From assembly GCA_003221005.1 (NCBI GenBank), contig QHTZ01000104.1, forward strand, positions 1 to 33,987: a stretch of 33,987 nucleotides of DNA, written 5' to 3'. A model generated the notes under the pieces. That model was not told the DNA's origin. It ran no database searches and saw only the letters and a list, made by a program, of their open reading frames with translations. The stretch is from Gemmatimonadota bacterium. GTDB taxonomy: Bacteria > Gemmatimonadota > Gemmatimonadetes > Gemmatimonadales > GWC2-71-9. This document shows positions 19,251 to 26,730 of this stretch, one piece after another; position 1 is the first letter of the stretch; each line of letters begins with the position of its first letter. Position numbers and translations under genes: made by a program.

Positions 19251-19267
19251 GCTGGGGTGGGGGTGTC

Positions 19268-20548
19268 ATGTTCGGACCGAAAACCCACTGTGTGGTGGTG
19301 GTCGGCGCCCAATGGGGCGACGAGGGCAAGGGCAAGATCGTCGACGTGCTCGCCGAGCGCGCCGACCTCGTCGTACGCTACCAGGGCGGCGCCAACGCCG
19401 GGCACACCGTGGACACGGGCGCCGGCGAGTTCGTGTTGCACCAGATCCCCTCGGGGATTATCCAGGGCGCGGTGTGCCTCGTCGGAAATGGGGTCGCGCT
19501 CGATCCGGAGACGTTCTTCACCGAGCTCGACGCGCTGGAATCGCGCGGCGTGCGGACCGACCACAAGCTGTACGTCTCCGACCGTGCGCACCTCACCCTG
19601 CCGTACCACAAGCTGCTGGACCGCGCGCGCGAGCGCCGCGAGCAGATCGGCACCACAGGTCGTGGCATCGGGCCGACGTACGAAGACAAGTACGGCCGCC
19701 GGGGGATCCGTGTGGGCGACCTGCGCCACCTGGGCCGGGCGCGCGAGCTCGTGTGCGCGCGGGTGCAGGCGGCGAACGAATTCCTCGGCCTGCTCGGCGC
19801 GGCCGAGCGGGCAGACTCCGGTGAGCACGTCGGCCTGCTCGAGCGGCTGGCGCCCAGACTGCTCCCGATCGCGGTGGACGCGGGGCGCGTCGTGTACGAG
19901 GCGCTCCAGCGCGGCGAGTCGGTGCTGCTCGAGGGGGCCCAGGGCGCGTTGCTGGATGTGGACCATGGAACGTACCCCTACGTGACGTCGTCCCACACGA
20001 CGGCGGGGGGCGCGGCGGTGGGGGCGGGGATTGGGCCCACCGCCATCGACGCCGTGATGGGGGTCGTGAAGGCCTACACGACGCGGGTGGGAAACGGCCC
20101 GCTGCCGACGGAGGCGGAGCCCCCGGTGGCCGAGCGCCTGCGCGACCTGGGAGGAGAGTTCGGCGCCACGACGGGACGGCCGCGCCGCTGCGGGTGGTTC
20201 GACGCCGTCGTGGTGCGCTACGCCGTCCGGGTGAACGGCCTGACGGCGCTCGCGGTCACGAAGCTCGACGTGCTCGACTCTTTCTCCGAGATCCCGGTCT
20301 GCGTGGGTTACCGCCTCGAGGGCGAGCCACTCGACAACATGCCCGCCGAGGTCGAGCGCCTGGCCCGCGTGGAGCCGGTGTACGAGTGTCTGCCGGGCTG
20401 GAAGCGCCCGCTCAGTGGCATTCGGCGGCTCGCGGAGCTCCCCCCGGCGGCGCGCGCCTATCTGGACCGGCTTCAAGACCTCGCCGGGGCGCCGATCCAC
20501 TACGTGAGCGTCGGCACCCGGCGGGACCAGATCGTCGAAGTCCCATGA
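19268..20548 (+). CDS. purA: Adenylosuccinate synthetase
   Basis: GAQWGDEGKGK, QGGANAGHT, IGTTGRGIGP.Y.DK, EGAQG.LLD.DHGTYPYVTSS, TTGRPRRCGW. Confidence 0.99.
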   Translation: MFGPKTHCVVVVGAQWGDEGKGKIVDVLAERADLVVRYQGGANAGHTVDTGAGEFVLHQIPSGIIQGAVCLVGNGVALDPETFFTELDALESRGVRTDHKLYVSDRAHLTLPYHKLLDRARERREQIGTTGRGIGPTYEDKYGRRGIRVGDLRHLGRARELVCARVQAANEFLGLLGAAERADSGEHVGLLERLAPRLLPIAVDAGRVVYEALQRGESVLLEGAQGALLDVDHGTYPYVTSSHTTAGGAAVGAGIGPTAIDAVMGVVKAYTTRVGNGPLPTEAEPPVAERLRDLGGEFGATTGRPRRCGWFDAVVVRYAVRVNGLTALAVTKLDVLDSFSEIPVCVGYRLEGEPLDNMPAEVERLARVEPVYECLPGWKRPLSGIRRLAELPPAARAYLDRLQDLAGAPIHYVSVGTRRDQIVEVP

Positions 20549-21564
20549 GCCAGGGTGCGGCCCCGATGCTTGACCTCGCGGTGATCGGAGCCGGGCCGTG
20601 CGGCCTGGCGGTTGGTGTAGCCGCGAAGCGCAGTGGCCTCACCGCCGCGCTGTTCGACACGGGCTCCATCGTCTCGAGCCTGCTCCGCTATCCCCTGTAT
20701 ATGACGTTCTTCTCAACCCCTGAGCGGTTGGAGATCGCCGGCGTGCCGTTCGTCACGAGCGGCGAGAAGCCGACCCGACGCGAGGCGCTCACCTACTACC
20801 GAAAAGTGGCGGAATACTTTCAGCTCGATGTGCGGCAGTATCGCGAAGTCGTGCAGGTGCGGCGCACGGACGGTGGGTTCGAGCTCCTGGCCAGCCATCC
20901 GGGAACCCCGCCGGAGACGGTCGCGGCCCGGAACCTCGTGTATGCGACGGGATACTTCGAGTCCCCGAATCTGCTCGGCGTCCCCGGCGAGGACCTGCCC
21001 CATGTCTCTCACTTCTTCGTCGAGGCGCACCCCTACTGGCGGCAAAGTGTCGTGATCGTGGGGGGCGGGAACAGCGCGGTTGAGGCGGCACTCGAGCTGC
21101 ACCGGGTGGGCGCACGCGTGACTATCGTCCACTTCCTCGAACAGTTCGACCGGGGCGTCAAGTCGTGGGTCTTGCCGGACATCACGAACCGCGTGAAGGA
21201 CGGCAGCGTTGCCGTTCGGTGGCGCAGCCGCGTGGTCCGGATTGAGCCCGCGTGCGTCGTCATCCGGTCGGAGGGTGATGGCTCGAACGAGAGCCTCGCC
21301 GCGGATTTTGTCCTCGCGCTCACGGGGTACCGCGCCGATCAACGCCTGTTGCGCGCCGCGGGCGTGAGCATTGATGAGACGACCGGCGTGCCCAAGCACG
21401 TCGCGGGGACGATGGAGACGAACGTTCCCGGCATTTATATCGCCGGCGTGCTGTCGTGCGGCTACGACGCCAACCGAGTCTTCATCGAGAACGGCCGGGC
21501 GCACGGGGACCTGATTTGCGCCCATATCAAAGCAAAACCCCCCAGAGTTGCCCCTGGGGGGTGA
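20545..21564 (+). CDS. ypdA: YpdA-family putative bacillithiol disulfide reductase
   Basis: IGAGPCGL, YP..MTFFST.ERLEI..VPF, KPTRREAL.YY, GGGNSAVEAAL, FIENGR.H; ATGA overlap with purA. Confidence 0.9.
   Translation: MSQGAAPMLDLAVIGAGPCGLAVGVAAKRSGLTAALFDTGSIVSSLLRYPLYMTFFSTPERLEIAGVPFVTSGEKPTRREALTYYRKVAEYFQLDVRQYREVVQVRRTDGGFELLASHPGTPPETVAARNLVYATGYFESPNLLGVPGEDLPHVSHFFVEAHPYWRQSVVIVGGGNSAVEAALELHRVGARVTIVHFLEQFDRGVKSWVLPDITNRVKDGSVAVRWRSRVVRIEPACVVIRSEGDGSNESLAADFVLALTGYRADQRLLRAAGVSIDETTGVPKHVAGTMETNVPGIYIAGVLSCGYDANRVFIENGRAHGDLICAHIKAKPPRVAPGG
21529..21562 (-). terminator. Strong intrinsic terminator on the minus strand, overlapping the ypdA 3' end
   Basis: Minus strand ACCCCCCAGGG-GCAA-CUCUGGGGGGU then UUUGCUUU: 11-bp stem, GNRA loop, U-tract only on the minus strand. 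Confidence 0.85.
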
Positions 21565-21635
21565 TCGCCTGCCCGACATCGTGCGCCCTAGAACCCGATG
21601 TGAGCGAGACGAAAGTCGCTGCTTGGGGCGCCATG

Positions 21636-21674
21636 CAAAGCGGCCCCGCGCTCTCTCAAGGGCGTGGGGCCGCT
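21636..21674 (-). terminator. Riboswitch expression-platform hairpin (candidate terminator)
   Basis: Minus strand AGCGGCCCCACGC...GCGCGGGGCCGCU followed by a short UU(GC) tail, directly after the aptamer. Confidence 0.55.
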
Positions 21675-21678
21675 GCCG

Positions 21679-21762
21679 ACTCTGGCAGCTGGGCTGTCTC
21701 GTTCCGCGAGACCCCTTGGCTTTGCGCCCCGTCGTCACCGACGGTTTGCCCTTGAACAGAGT
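21679..21762 (-). promoter_or_regulatory. Cyclic di-GMP-I (GEMM) riboswitch aptamer
   Basis: Minus strand ACUCUG-UUCAAGGGCAAA-CCGUCG-GUGA-CGACGG-GGCGCAAAGCC-AAGGGGUCUCG-CGGAA-CGAGACAGCCCAGCUGC-CAGAGU. Has a perfect 6-bp P1, GGGCAAACC and GCGCAAAGCC signatures, a GNRA-capped stem, and G20/A47/C92 equivalents intact. Confidence 0.9.
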
Positions 21763-21780
21763 GAACCGCGGGTGAATCAG

Positions 21781-21796
21781 GCAAGAACAGTGCCGA
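21781..21796 (-). promoter_or_regulatory. Sigma54 (-24/-12) promoter driving the riboswitch transcript
   Basis: Minus strand tcGGCACtgttcTTGC (GG-N10-GC); predicted +1 near 21769, about 7 nt before aptamer P1. Confidence 0.7.
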
Positions 21797-21804
21797 GTCA
21801 GTAA

Positions 21805-21875
21805 TGCACGTCACAGTGCGGAGATTTCATAGGTGCGCACGAATAGGCGTATAGCATTATGCGTCATTTAGCGCA
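21805..21875. promoter_or_regulatory. Candidate upstream activator (bEBP) sites
   Basis: Imperfect palindromes TGCAC-N6-GTGCG (21805-20), CGCAC-N6-GCGTA (21836-51) and TGCGT-N6-GCGCA (21860-75) in an AT-richer patch. Confidence 0.4.
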
Positions 21876-21884
21876 TTGTGCGGC

Positions 21885-22967
21885 ATGACGATGGTTGTCT
21901 TGGTCGCTCCTGCAGCATTCAAGGGATCACTTGGCCCTCGCCAAGTAGCGGACGCCCTCGCCGCTGGCGTGCGCCTAGCTGTCCCGGATGCGCGGGTGCT
22001 CCACTGCCCGATCTCGGACGGCGGCGACGGCCTCCTCGAGGCGGTCCTCCCTCCGGAGTCGCTCCGCGAGCGCGTGGCCGTCACGGGGCCGCTCGGTTCC
22101 AAGGTCGAGGGCCTGCTGGGGTGGCTCGACAGTGACACGGCGATGTTCGAAAGCGCGACTGCCTGCGGGATCGCGCTGCTGCGGCCAGATCAGCTCGACC
22201 CCCTCCATACAACCACGCGTGGCGTAGGCGAGCTCATTTGGGAAGCGGTCGATCGCGGCGCCAAGACGGTAGTCGTGGGGCTCGGTGGCTCGGCTACGGT
22301 CGACGGGGGCACGGGCGCCGCCCGGGGGCTGGGATGGACTCTGCGCGATGACTCCGGAACGCCGTTGCCGGAGGGCGGGAGCTCGCTGCGCGGCCTCGCG
22401 AGCTTGGACGGGGGGTGGGGGCTTGCCGCCCAGGTGGTGGCGCTCGCGGATGTGACGACGCCGCTCACCGGGGTGGAGGGCGCGGCACCGGTGTTCGGGC
22501 CCCAGAAGGGGGCCACGCCCGAGGGGGTGGCGCAGCTGGCTGCGGGGCTCGAGGTGCTGGCGGCGCATTTCGCTCGCCTCGACCGCGCCGACCTCGCCAC
22601 CCTGCCCGGGGGTGGAGCGGCCGGGGGCCTCGGGGCTGGGCTTGCCTTCTTCGCCAGGGCACAGCTCGTCCAGGGCGCCGACTGGGTGCTCGAGCGGGTC
22701 GGATTCGACGCTGCGCTGGCCAAGGCCGACTTGCTGATCACGGGGGAGGGCTCGTTCGACCGCACGTCACTCGTGGGGAAGGCGTCGGGGGTTGTGCTGC
22801 GGCGCGGGCAGGCGGCGAGGAAACGCGTAGCCGTGGTCGCGGGGAGGGTCGAGGGTCTGATCGGCGTGCACGCGCTCGACGGTGAGGGGCGGACGCTCGA
22901 TGCCCGGGGGATTGCCGAGCTCGCCGCGCGCGTCACGCGCGAGGCGTTCGGGTTGCCGGCGCCCTAG
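21885..22967 (+). CDS. Glycerate kinase (GlxK/GarK family)
   Basis: APAAFKGSL, PISDGGDG, GLGGSATVDGG.G, FGPQKGA, GAAGGLG, ITGEGSFD. Confidence 0.93.
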   Translation: MTMVVLVAPAAFKGSLGPRQVADALAAGVRLAVPDARVLHCPISDGGDGLLEAVLPPESLRERVAVTGPLGSKVEGLLGWLDSDTAMFESATACGIALLRPDQLDPLHTTTRGVGELIWEAVDRGAKTVVVGLGGSATVDGGTGAARGLGWTLRDDSGTPLPEGGSSLRGLASLDGGWGLAAQVVALADVTTPLTGVEGAAPVFGPQKGATPEGVAQLAAGLEVLAAHFARLDRADLATLPGGGAAGGLGAGLAFFARAQLVQGADWVLERVGFDAALAKADLLITGEGSFDRTSLVGKASGVVLRRGQAARKRVAVVAGRVEGLIGVHALDGEGRTLDARGIAELAARVTREAFGLPAP

Positions 22968-22982
22968 CGGCGTCCCTATCTT
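22953..22982 (+). promoter_or_regulatory. Sigma70-type promoter immediately before glyQS (near-leaderless)
   Basis: TTGCCG, 18-nt spacer, TATCTT; ATG 9 nt downstream with no Shine-Dalgarno. Confidence 0.45.
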
Positions 22983-22991
22983 CCCGCCCTT

Positions 22992-24332
22992 ATGCCCGGA
23001 GATGACGGTGTGATGGAGAAGCTCGTGTCGCTCGCCAAGCGGCGCGGGTTCGTGTTCCAGTCCTCTGAGATCTACGGCGGCCTGGGCTCGGTGTGGGACT
23101 ACGGGCCCCTGGGCGTCGAGCTGAAGAAGAACGTCAAGGAGCGCTGGTGGCGCTCGATGGTGCACGAGCGCGAGGACATCGAAGGACTGGACGCGGCCAT
23201 CCTCATGCACCCCAAGGTGTGGGAGGCGTCCGGGCACGTCGCCGGATTCACGGACCCCCTGGTGGACTGCAAGCACTGCAAGAACCGGTTCCGCGCGGAC
23301 GATCCCCGCATCAAGGGAACTCCGGGCCAGCCGGACGCGCAGTGCCCGGTGTGCGGCTCCCGAGGCACACTGACGCCGCCGCGGATGTTCAATCTCATGT
23401 TCAAGACGTTCATGGGGCCGGTCGAGGAGGCCGCCGCGGTCGTGTACCTCCGGCCCGAGACGGCGCAGGGGATCTACGTCAACTATCTGAATGTGCTCCA
23501 ATCCTCCCGGCAGAAGATCCCGTTCGGGATCGCCCAGCTCGGCAAGGCGTTCCGGAACGAGATCACGCCCGGCAACTTCACGTTTCGGACGCGCGAGTTC
23601 GAGCAGATGGAGATGCAGTTCTTCGTGAAGCCGGGGAGCGACGGCGAGTGGTTCGAATTCTGGCGGCACGAGCGCATGAAATGGCTCGTGGGGCTGGGGC
23701 TGCGCCCGGAGAAGCTGCGGTTTCATCAGCACACGCGCGAGGAGCTGGCGCACTACGCCAAGGATGCCTACGACATCCAGTACGAGTTCCCGTTCGGCTG
23801 GAACGAATTCGAGGGCATCCACAACCGCACCGACTTCGACCTGTCGCGACACCAGCAGTTCTCGGGCAAGAAGCTCGAGTACCTGGACCCTGCGACGCAC
23901 GAGCGGTTCATCCCCTATGTGGTCGAGACGTCGGCCGGGGCGGACCGCACGACGCTGGCGCTGCTGTGCGACGCCTACCGCGAGCAGGAGGTGGCAGGGG
24001 AGAAGCGGGTGGTGCTGCAGCTCCATCCGGCGCTGGCGCCGCTCAAGGCGGCCATCTTCCCGCTCGTGAACAAGGACGGGATGCCGGAGCTCGCGCGGCG
24101 GATCTTCGACGACCTGCGGGGACGCTTCAACGTCTTCTACGACGACTCCGGCTCGATCGGCCGCCGCTACCGCCGCCAGGATGAAGCGGGCACTCCTTTC
24201 GGGATTACGATCGACGGCCAGTCGGTCGCCCAGGATGGGACGGTGACCGTGCGGGACCGGGATACCTTGCAGCAGGAACGCGTCGCCGGGGAGCGGCTCG
24301 CCGGGTATCTCGCGGAGAAGCTCAGGACGTGA
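22992..24332 (+). CDS. glyQS: Glycine--tRNA ligase, homodimeric type
   Basis: [62 protein letters not shown]. Alternative start at ATG 23013. Confidence 0.98.
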   Translation: MPGDDGVMEKLVSLAKRRGFVFQSSEIYGGLGSVWDYGPLGVELKKNVKERWWRSMVHEREDIEGLDAAILMHPKVWEASGHVAGFTDPLVDCKHCKNRFRADDPRIKGTPGQPDAQCPVCGSRGTLTPPRMFNLMFKTFMGPVEEAAAVVYLRPETAQGIYVNYLNVLQSSRQKIPFGIAQLGKAFRNEITPGNFTFRTREFEQMEMQFFVKPGSDGEWFEFWRHERMKWLVGLGLRPEKLRFHQHTREELAHYAKDAYDIQYEFPFGWNEFEGIHNRTDFDLSRHQQFSGKKLEYLDPATHERFIPYVVETSAGADRTTLALLCDAYREQEVAGEKRVVLQLHPALAPLKAAIFPLVNKDGMPELARRIFDDLRGRFNVFYDDSGSIGRRYRRQDEAGTPFGITIDGQSVAQDGTVTVRDRDTLQQERVAGERLAGYLAEKLRT

Positions 24333-24347
24333 CGGCCTCGTCCCGTC

Positions 24348-25046
24348 ATGACGTTCCAGGACTTTCGCACCCTGATCGACCGCCTCGCGCGTGAGGTGCC
24401 GGCCGACTTTCGCGACGGCATCGTAGCGATCGACGTGAGCCCCAAGGTGATTCCCCACCCGGTACGCGGCGACGCGTACACCCTCGGCGAATGCATCCCG
24501 CTGGAGTGGAGCGGCGGCGGTGCCGATCTGCAATCCCGGATCGTGCTGTACCACGGCTCCTTCACGGCGCTGGCGCGGCTGGACGCGGGAGACTTCGACT
24601 GGCGGCGTGAGGCGTGGGAGACGCTCTCCCATGAGCTGCGCCACCACCTCGAGTTGCGCGCCAACGTCGCTGCGCTCGAGGCGTACGACTGGGCGACCGA
24701 GCAGAACTTCGCGCGCGGGGACGGGGAGCCCTTCGACCCCGTATTCTACCGCTCAGGTGAGCGCCTGGCGCCGGGAGTGTACAAGGTCGAAGACGACGTG
24801 TTTATCGAGCGGGAAGGGGGACGGGGGAAGGGGGAACGGTTAGACCTCACGTGGCATGGGAAGGGCTATCGCGTTCGGCCCGTCCGCGAGCGCCGAGGTC
24901 CGATGTTCTTGATCCTGGAAGGGCTCGAGGATCCGCCGGCGGGCGAGGCGGTGCTCGTGGTTCCCTGGAAATCGTCGCTGTTCAACCTCTGGCGGCGCCG
25001 TCGGGTCGAGCAGCGCACGGTGCAGGTGGAATTGCTCTCTGGCTAA
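24348..25046 (+). CDS. Zincin-like metallopeptidase family protein
   Basis: RIVLYHGSF...ETLSHELRHHLE (HExxH), typical of minimal zincins. Confidence 0.75.
   Translation: MTFQDFRTLIDRLAREVPADFRDGIVAIDVSPKVIPHPVRGDAYTLGECIPLEWSGGGADLQSRIVLYHGSFTALARLDAGDFDWRREAWETLSHELRHHLELRANVAALEAYDWATEQNFARGDGEPFDPVFYRSGERLAPGVYKVEDDVFIEREGGRGKGERLDLTWHGKGYRVRPVRERRGPMFLILEGLEDPPAGEAVLVVPWKSSLFNLWRRRRVEQRTVQVELLSG
24811..24838 (+). repeat. Purine-rich heptamer tandem repeat inside a CDS
   Basis: gggaagg-gggacgg-gggaagg-gggaacg, encoding part of REGGRGKGER. Confidence 0.75.
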
Positions 25047-25341
25047 GCGCGTCTTCCTCGGCGCGGACCTCTTGTTCCGGTCCAAGCTTGGCGCGGTCGT
25101 CGCCGCGAGCGGGGGCGAGGTCGTGAGGGACGCGGCCGAGTGCGACCTCGCCGTCGTGGCGATAGAAAACCCCGGTGCGGTGGATCGCATCCGGGGTTGG
25201 GTTGCCGGCGGAACTGCAGTGCTCGCCTACGGATCGCACGTGCGGGCCGACCTGCTGCGGGCGGCCCGCGACGCCGGGGCCGAAGCCGTGCCCAACTCGG
25301 AGGTCGAGCGCCGGCTCGCGGCGCTGCTTACTTCGACGTGA
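25039..25341 (+). CDS. Small receiver-like (degenerate response-regulator fold) hypothetical protein
   Basis: DLLFRSKL...DLAVV...VLAYGSHV.ADLLRAARDAGA. Start uncertain: CTG 25039 with AGGTGG upstream, or TTG 25072. Confidence 0.6.
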   Translation: MAKRVFLGADLLFRSKLGAVVAASGGEVVRDAAECDLAVVAIENPGAVDRIRGWVAGGTAVLAYGSHVRADLLRAARDAGAEAVPNSEVERRLAALLTST

Positions 25342-25792
25342 CCTCGACCGCGATCTGCCGGGGCCGGGCCTTCTCGACCTTCGGCAGGGTTACCGTCAGG
25401 ACGCCGTGCTCGTACGTCGCCTTGATGGCTCCCGCATCCACGGTGCTGGGGAGGGTGAAGCTGCGCTCGAAGGCGCCGTACGCCCGCTCGTAGCGGTGCA
25501 CCTGCTGCGTGCGCTCTTCCGCCACCTGCTGCTTCGTGCCCTGGATCGTGAGCACATTGCCCTCGAGTGAGATCTTCACGTCCTCGGGGCTAACGCCGGG
25601 GACCTCCGCGACGATGCGGATGCTCTCGGGCTCTTCGAACACGTCCACTGCCGGCACCCACGCTGCGGTCGCGCTATCGCGGGGCTGCCAGTCGAGGCTC
25701 GGCAGGGCGTTCAACAGCCGATTGATCCGGGATCCGAAGTTGACGAGATCGGTTGCCGGATCCGTCGTGAAGTTGCGCGTAGTCAGGAACAT
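25328..25792 (-). CDS. Hsp20/alpha-crystallin small heat shock protein
   Basis: WVPAVDVFE, AEVPGV, ERAYGAFERSFTLP..VD, A.YEHGVL.VTLPK; AGGAGG upstream of ATG 25792. Confidence 0.96.
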   Translation of the reverse strand: MFLTTRNFTTDPATDLVNFGSRINRLLNALPSLDWQPRDSATAAWVPAVDVFEEPESIRIVAEVPGVSPEDVKISLEGNVLTIQGTKQQVAEERTQQVHRYERAYGAFERSFTLPSTVDAGAIKATYEHGVLTVTLPKVEKARPRQIAVEVTSK

Positions 25793-25863
25793 TTTACAAC
25801 CACCTCCTGCTGTGTGATAACGAGTTGCACTGGTGAGGCACGTCGCCTCGCGGCGGCACCTGG

Positions 25864-25878
25864 GCAAGCGCCGTGCCG
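25864..25878 (-). promoter_or_regulatory. Sigma54 (-24/-12) promoter for hsp20
   Basis: Minus strand cGGCACGgcgcTTGC (GG-N10-GC), about 70 nt upstream of the start codon. Confidence 0.65.
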
Positions 25879-25998
25879 TCTTCAGCGGCGACTCGTTTGC
25901 CGCCTTGGCACGGGCGACGCTCAGAATGGCAACAGCTCCGTTCAGAACGGCGTGGCCCCTCACGACGGTGGGGCTGCGCTCCTATCTTTCACGTCCCT

Positions 25999-26283
25999 AT
26001 GACCCACACCGCAACGGTCGGCCTCCCGCCCGCCGAGGTGCTCGCCCGGGCCAAGCAGTTTTTCGCGGAGCGCGTGCCGCATGCCAGCGCCTTCGTGGAG
26101 AAGGAAGGGCCCCAGTTCGTAGTGTTGCGGGGTCAAGGTGGTGAAGAGGTAGTGATCAGCGCGCGTTCGCTCGATGGCGCCGTTGGCAAGAGCCAGGTCC
26201 GAGCGTCGACCCTATTCTTCGACCAGGCGCTCGACCGGTTCCTCTCGACGCTGCCGCTTGACTCCGAGGTGGAGGTCGTGTGA
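25999..26283 (+). CDS. Hypothetical protein (94 aa)
   Basis: ATG 25999 lies 10 nt after a TATCTT -10-like hexamer; coupled to the next gene by a GTGA overlap; no family recognised. Confidence 0.7.
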   Translation: MTHTATVGLPPAEVLARAKQFFAERVPHASAFVEKEGPQFVVLRGQGGEEVVISARSLDGAVGKSQVRASTLFFDQALDRFLSTLPLDSEVEVV

Positions 26284-26555
26284 CCGCCGTGTCGGAGCGC
26301 TTCGCGGTTCGGGTGATGGTGACCGATGTGTGGGATCAGGTGGTCATCGCCGTCGAGCCCACCACGACCGTGATGGAGTTGAAGCGCGAAGCGTTGTCCC
26401 GTGCGCTTAAGCGCTCCAGCGTGCCGCTGGACGATTACGTGGTCAAGTTCCGGGGCGCGGCGCTGCTGGACGAGTCCGTCACGCTGGCCGCCGTGGGTGC
26501 CGGGGCCAACGCGCCCTTCATTGTCTTGCCTGCGCGGCGTCAGCCGGTGCGATGA
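26280..26555 (+). CDS. Ubiquitin-like (beta-grasp) small protein lacking C-terminal Gly-Gly
   Basis: IAVEPTTTVMELK resembles ubiquitin LEVEPSDTIENVK; VPLDDYVVKFRGAALLDESVTL resembles [21 protein letters not shown]. Manual alignment only. Confidence 0.7.
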   Translation: MTAVSERFAVRVMVTDVWDQVVIAVEPTTTVMELKREALSRALKRSSVPLDDYVVKFRGAALLDESVTLAAVGAGANAPFIVLPARRQPVR

Positions 26556-26730
26556 AGCCACCCAGCAGATCGTCGCGGGTGGGGCCTGCGCGCTCGGCTG
26601 TGTGCTGGTCGTGCTCGGCTGGCGCCGTTACCGGCGCACGCTGGTCGAGCTCGACACCGCGCGCCGGGAGATCCGCCGCGAGGTGGAGTCGATCCGCGAG
26701 CTGCTGCAGAGCCACCACCTCGACAACTAG
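26552..26730 (+). pseudogene. Small single-TM/coiled-coil protein with apparent frameshift just after the start codon
   Basis: The high-GC3 frame ATQQIVAGGACALGCVLVVLGWRRYRRTLVELD...HHLDN* ends at TAG 26730, but the coupled ATG (26552) is in another frame. Confidence 0.5.

Noticed and set aside
21575-21631. Hammerhead or HDV-like ribozyme (CGATGTGA...GAAA, nested helices)
   Set aside because: It lacks the CUGANGA core in the right context, and there is no room for the HDV P3/L3 element.
21527-21634. 35-aa minus-strand ORF (MAPQAATFVS...GVLL) downstream of the riboswitch
   Set aside because: It has no well-placed Shine-Dalgarno, and its stop codon lies beyond the terminator U-tract, so a terminated transcript would lack it. 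Not fully excluded without Ribo-seq.
25793-25998. CIRCE/HrcA operator upstream of hsp20
   Set aside because: No TTAGCACTC-N9-GAGTGCTAA-like inverted repeat was found.
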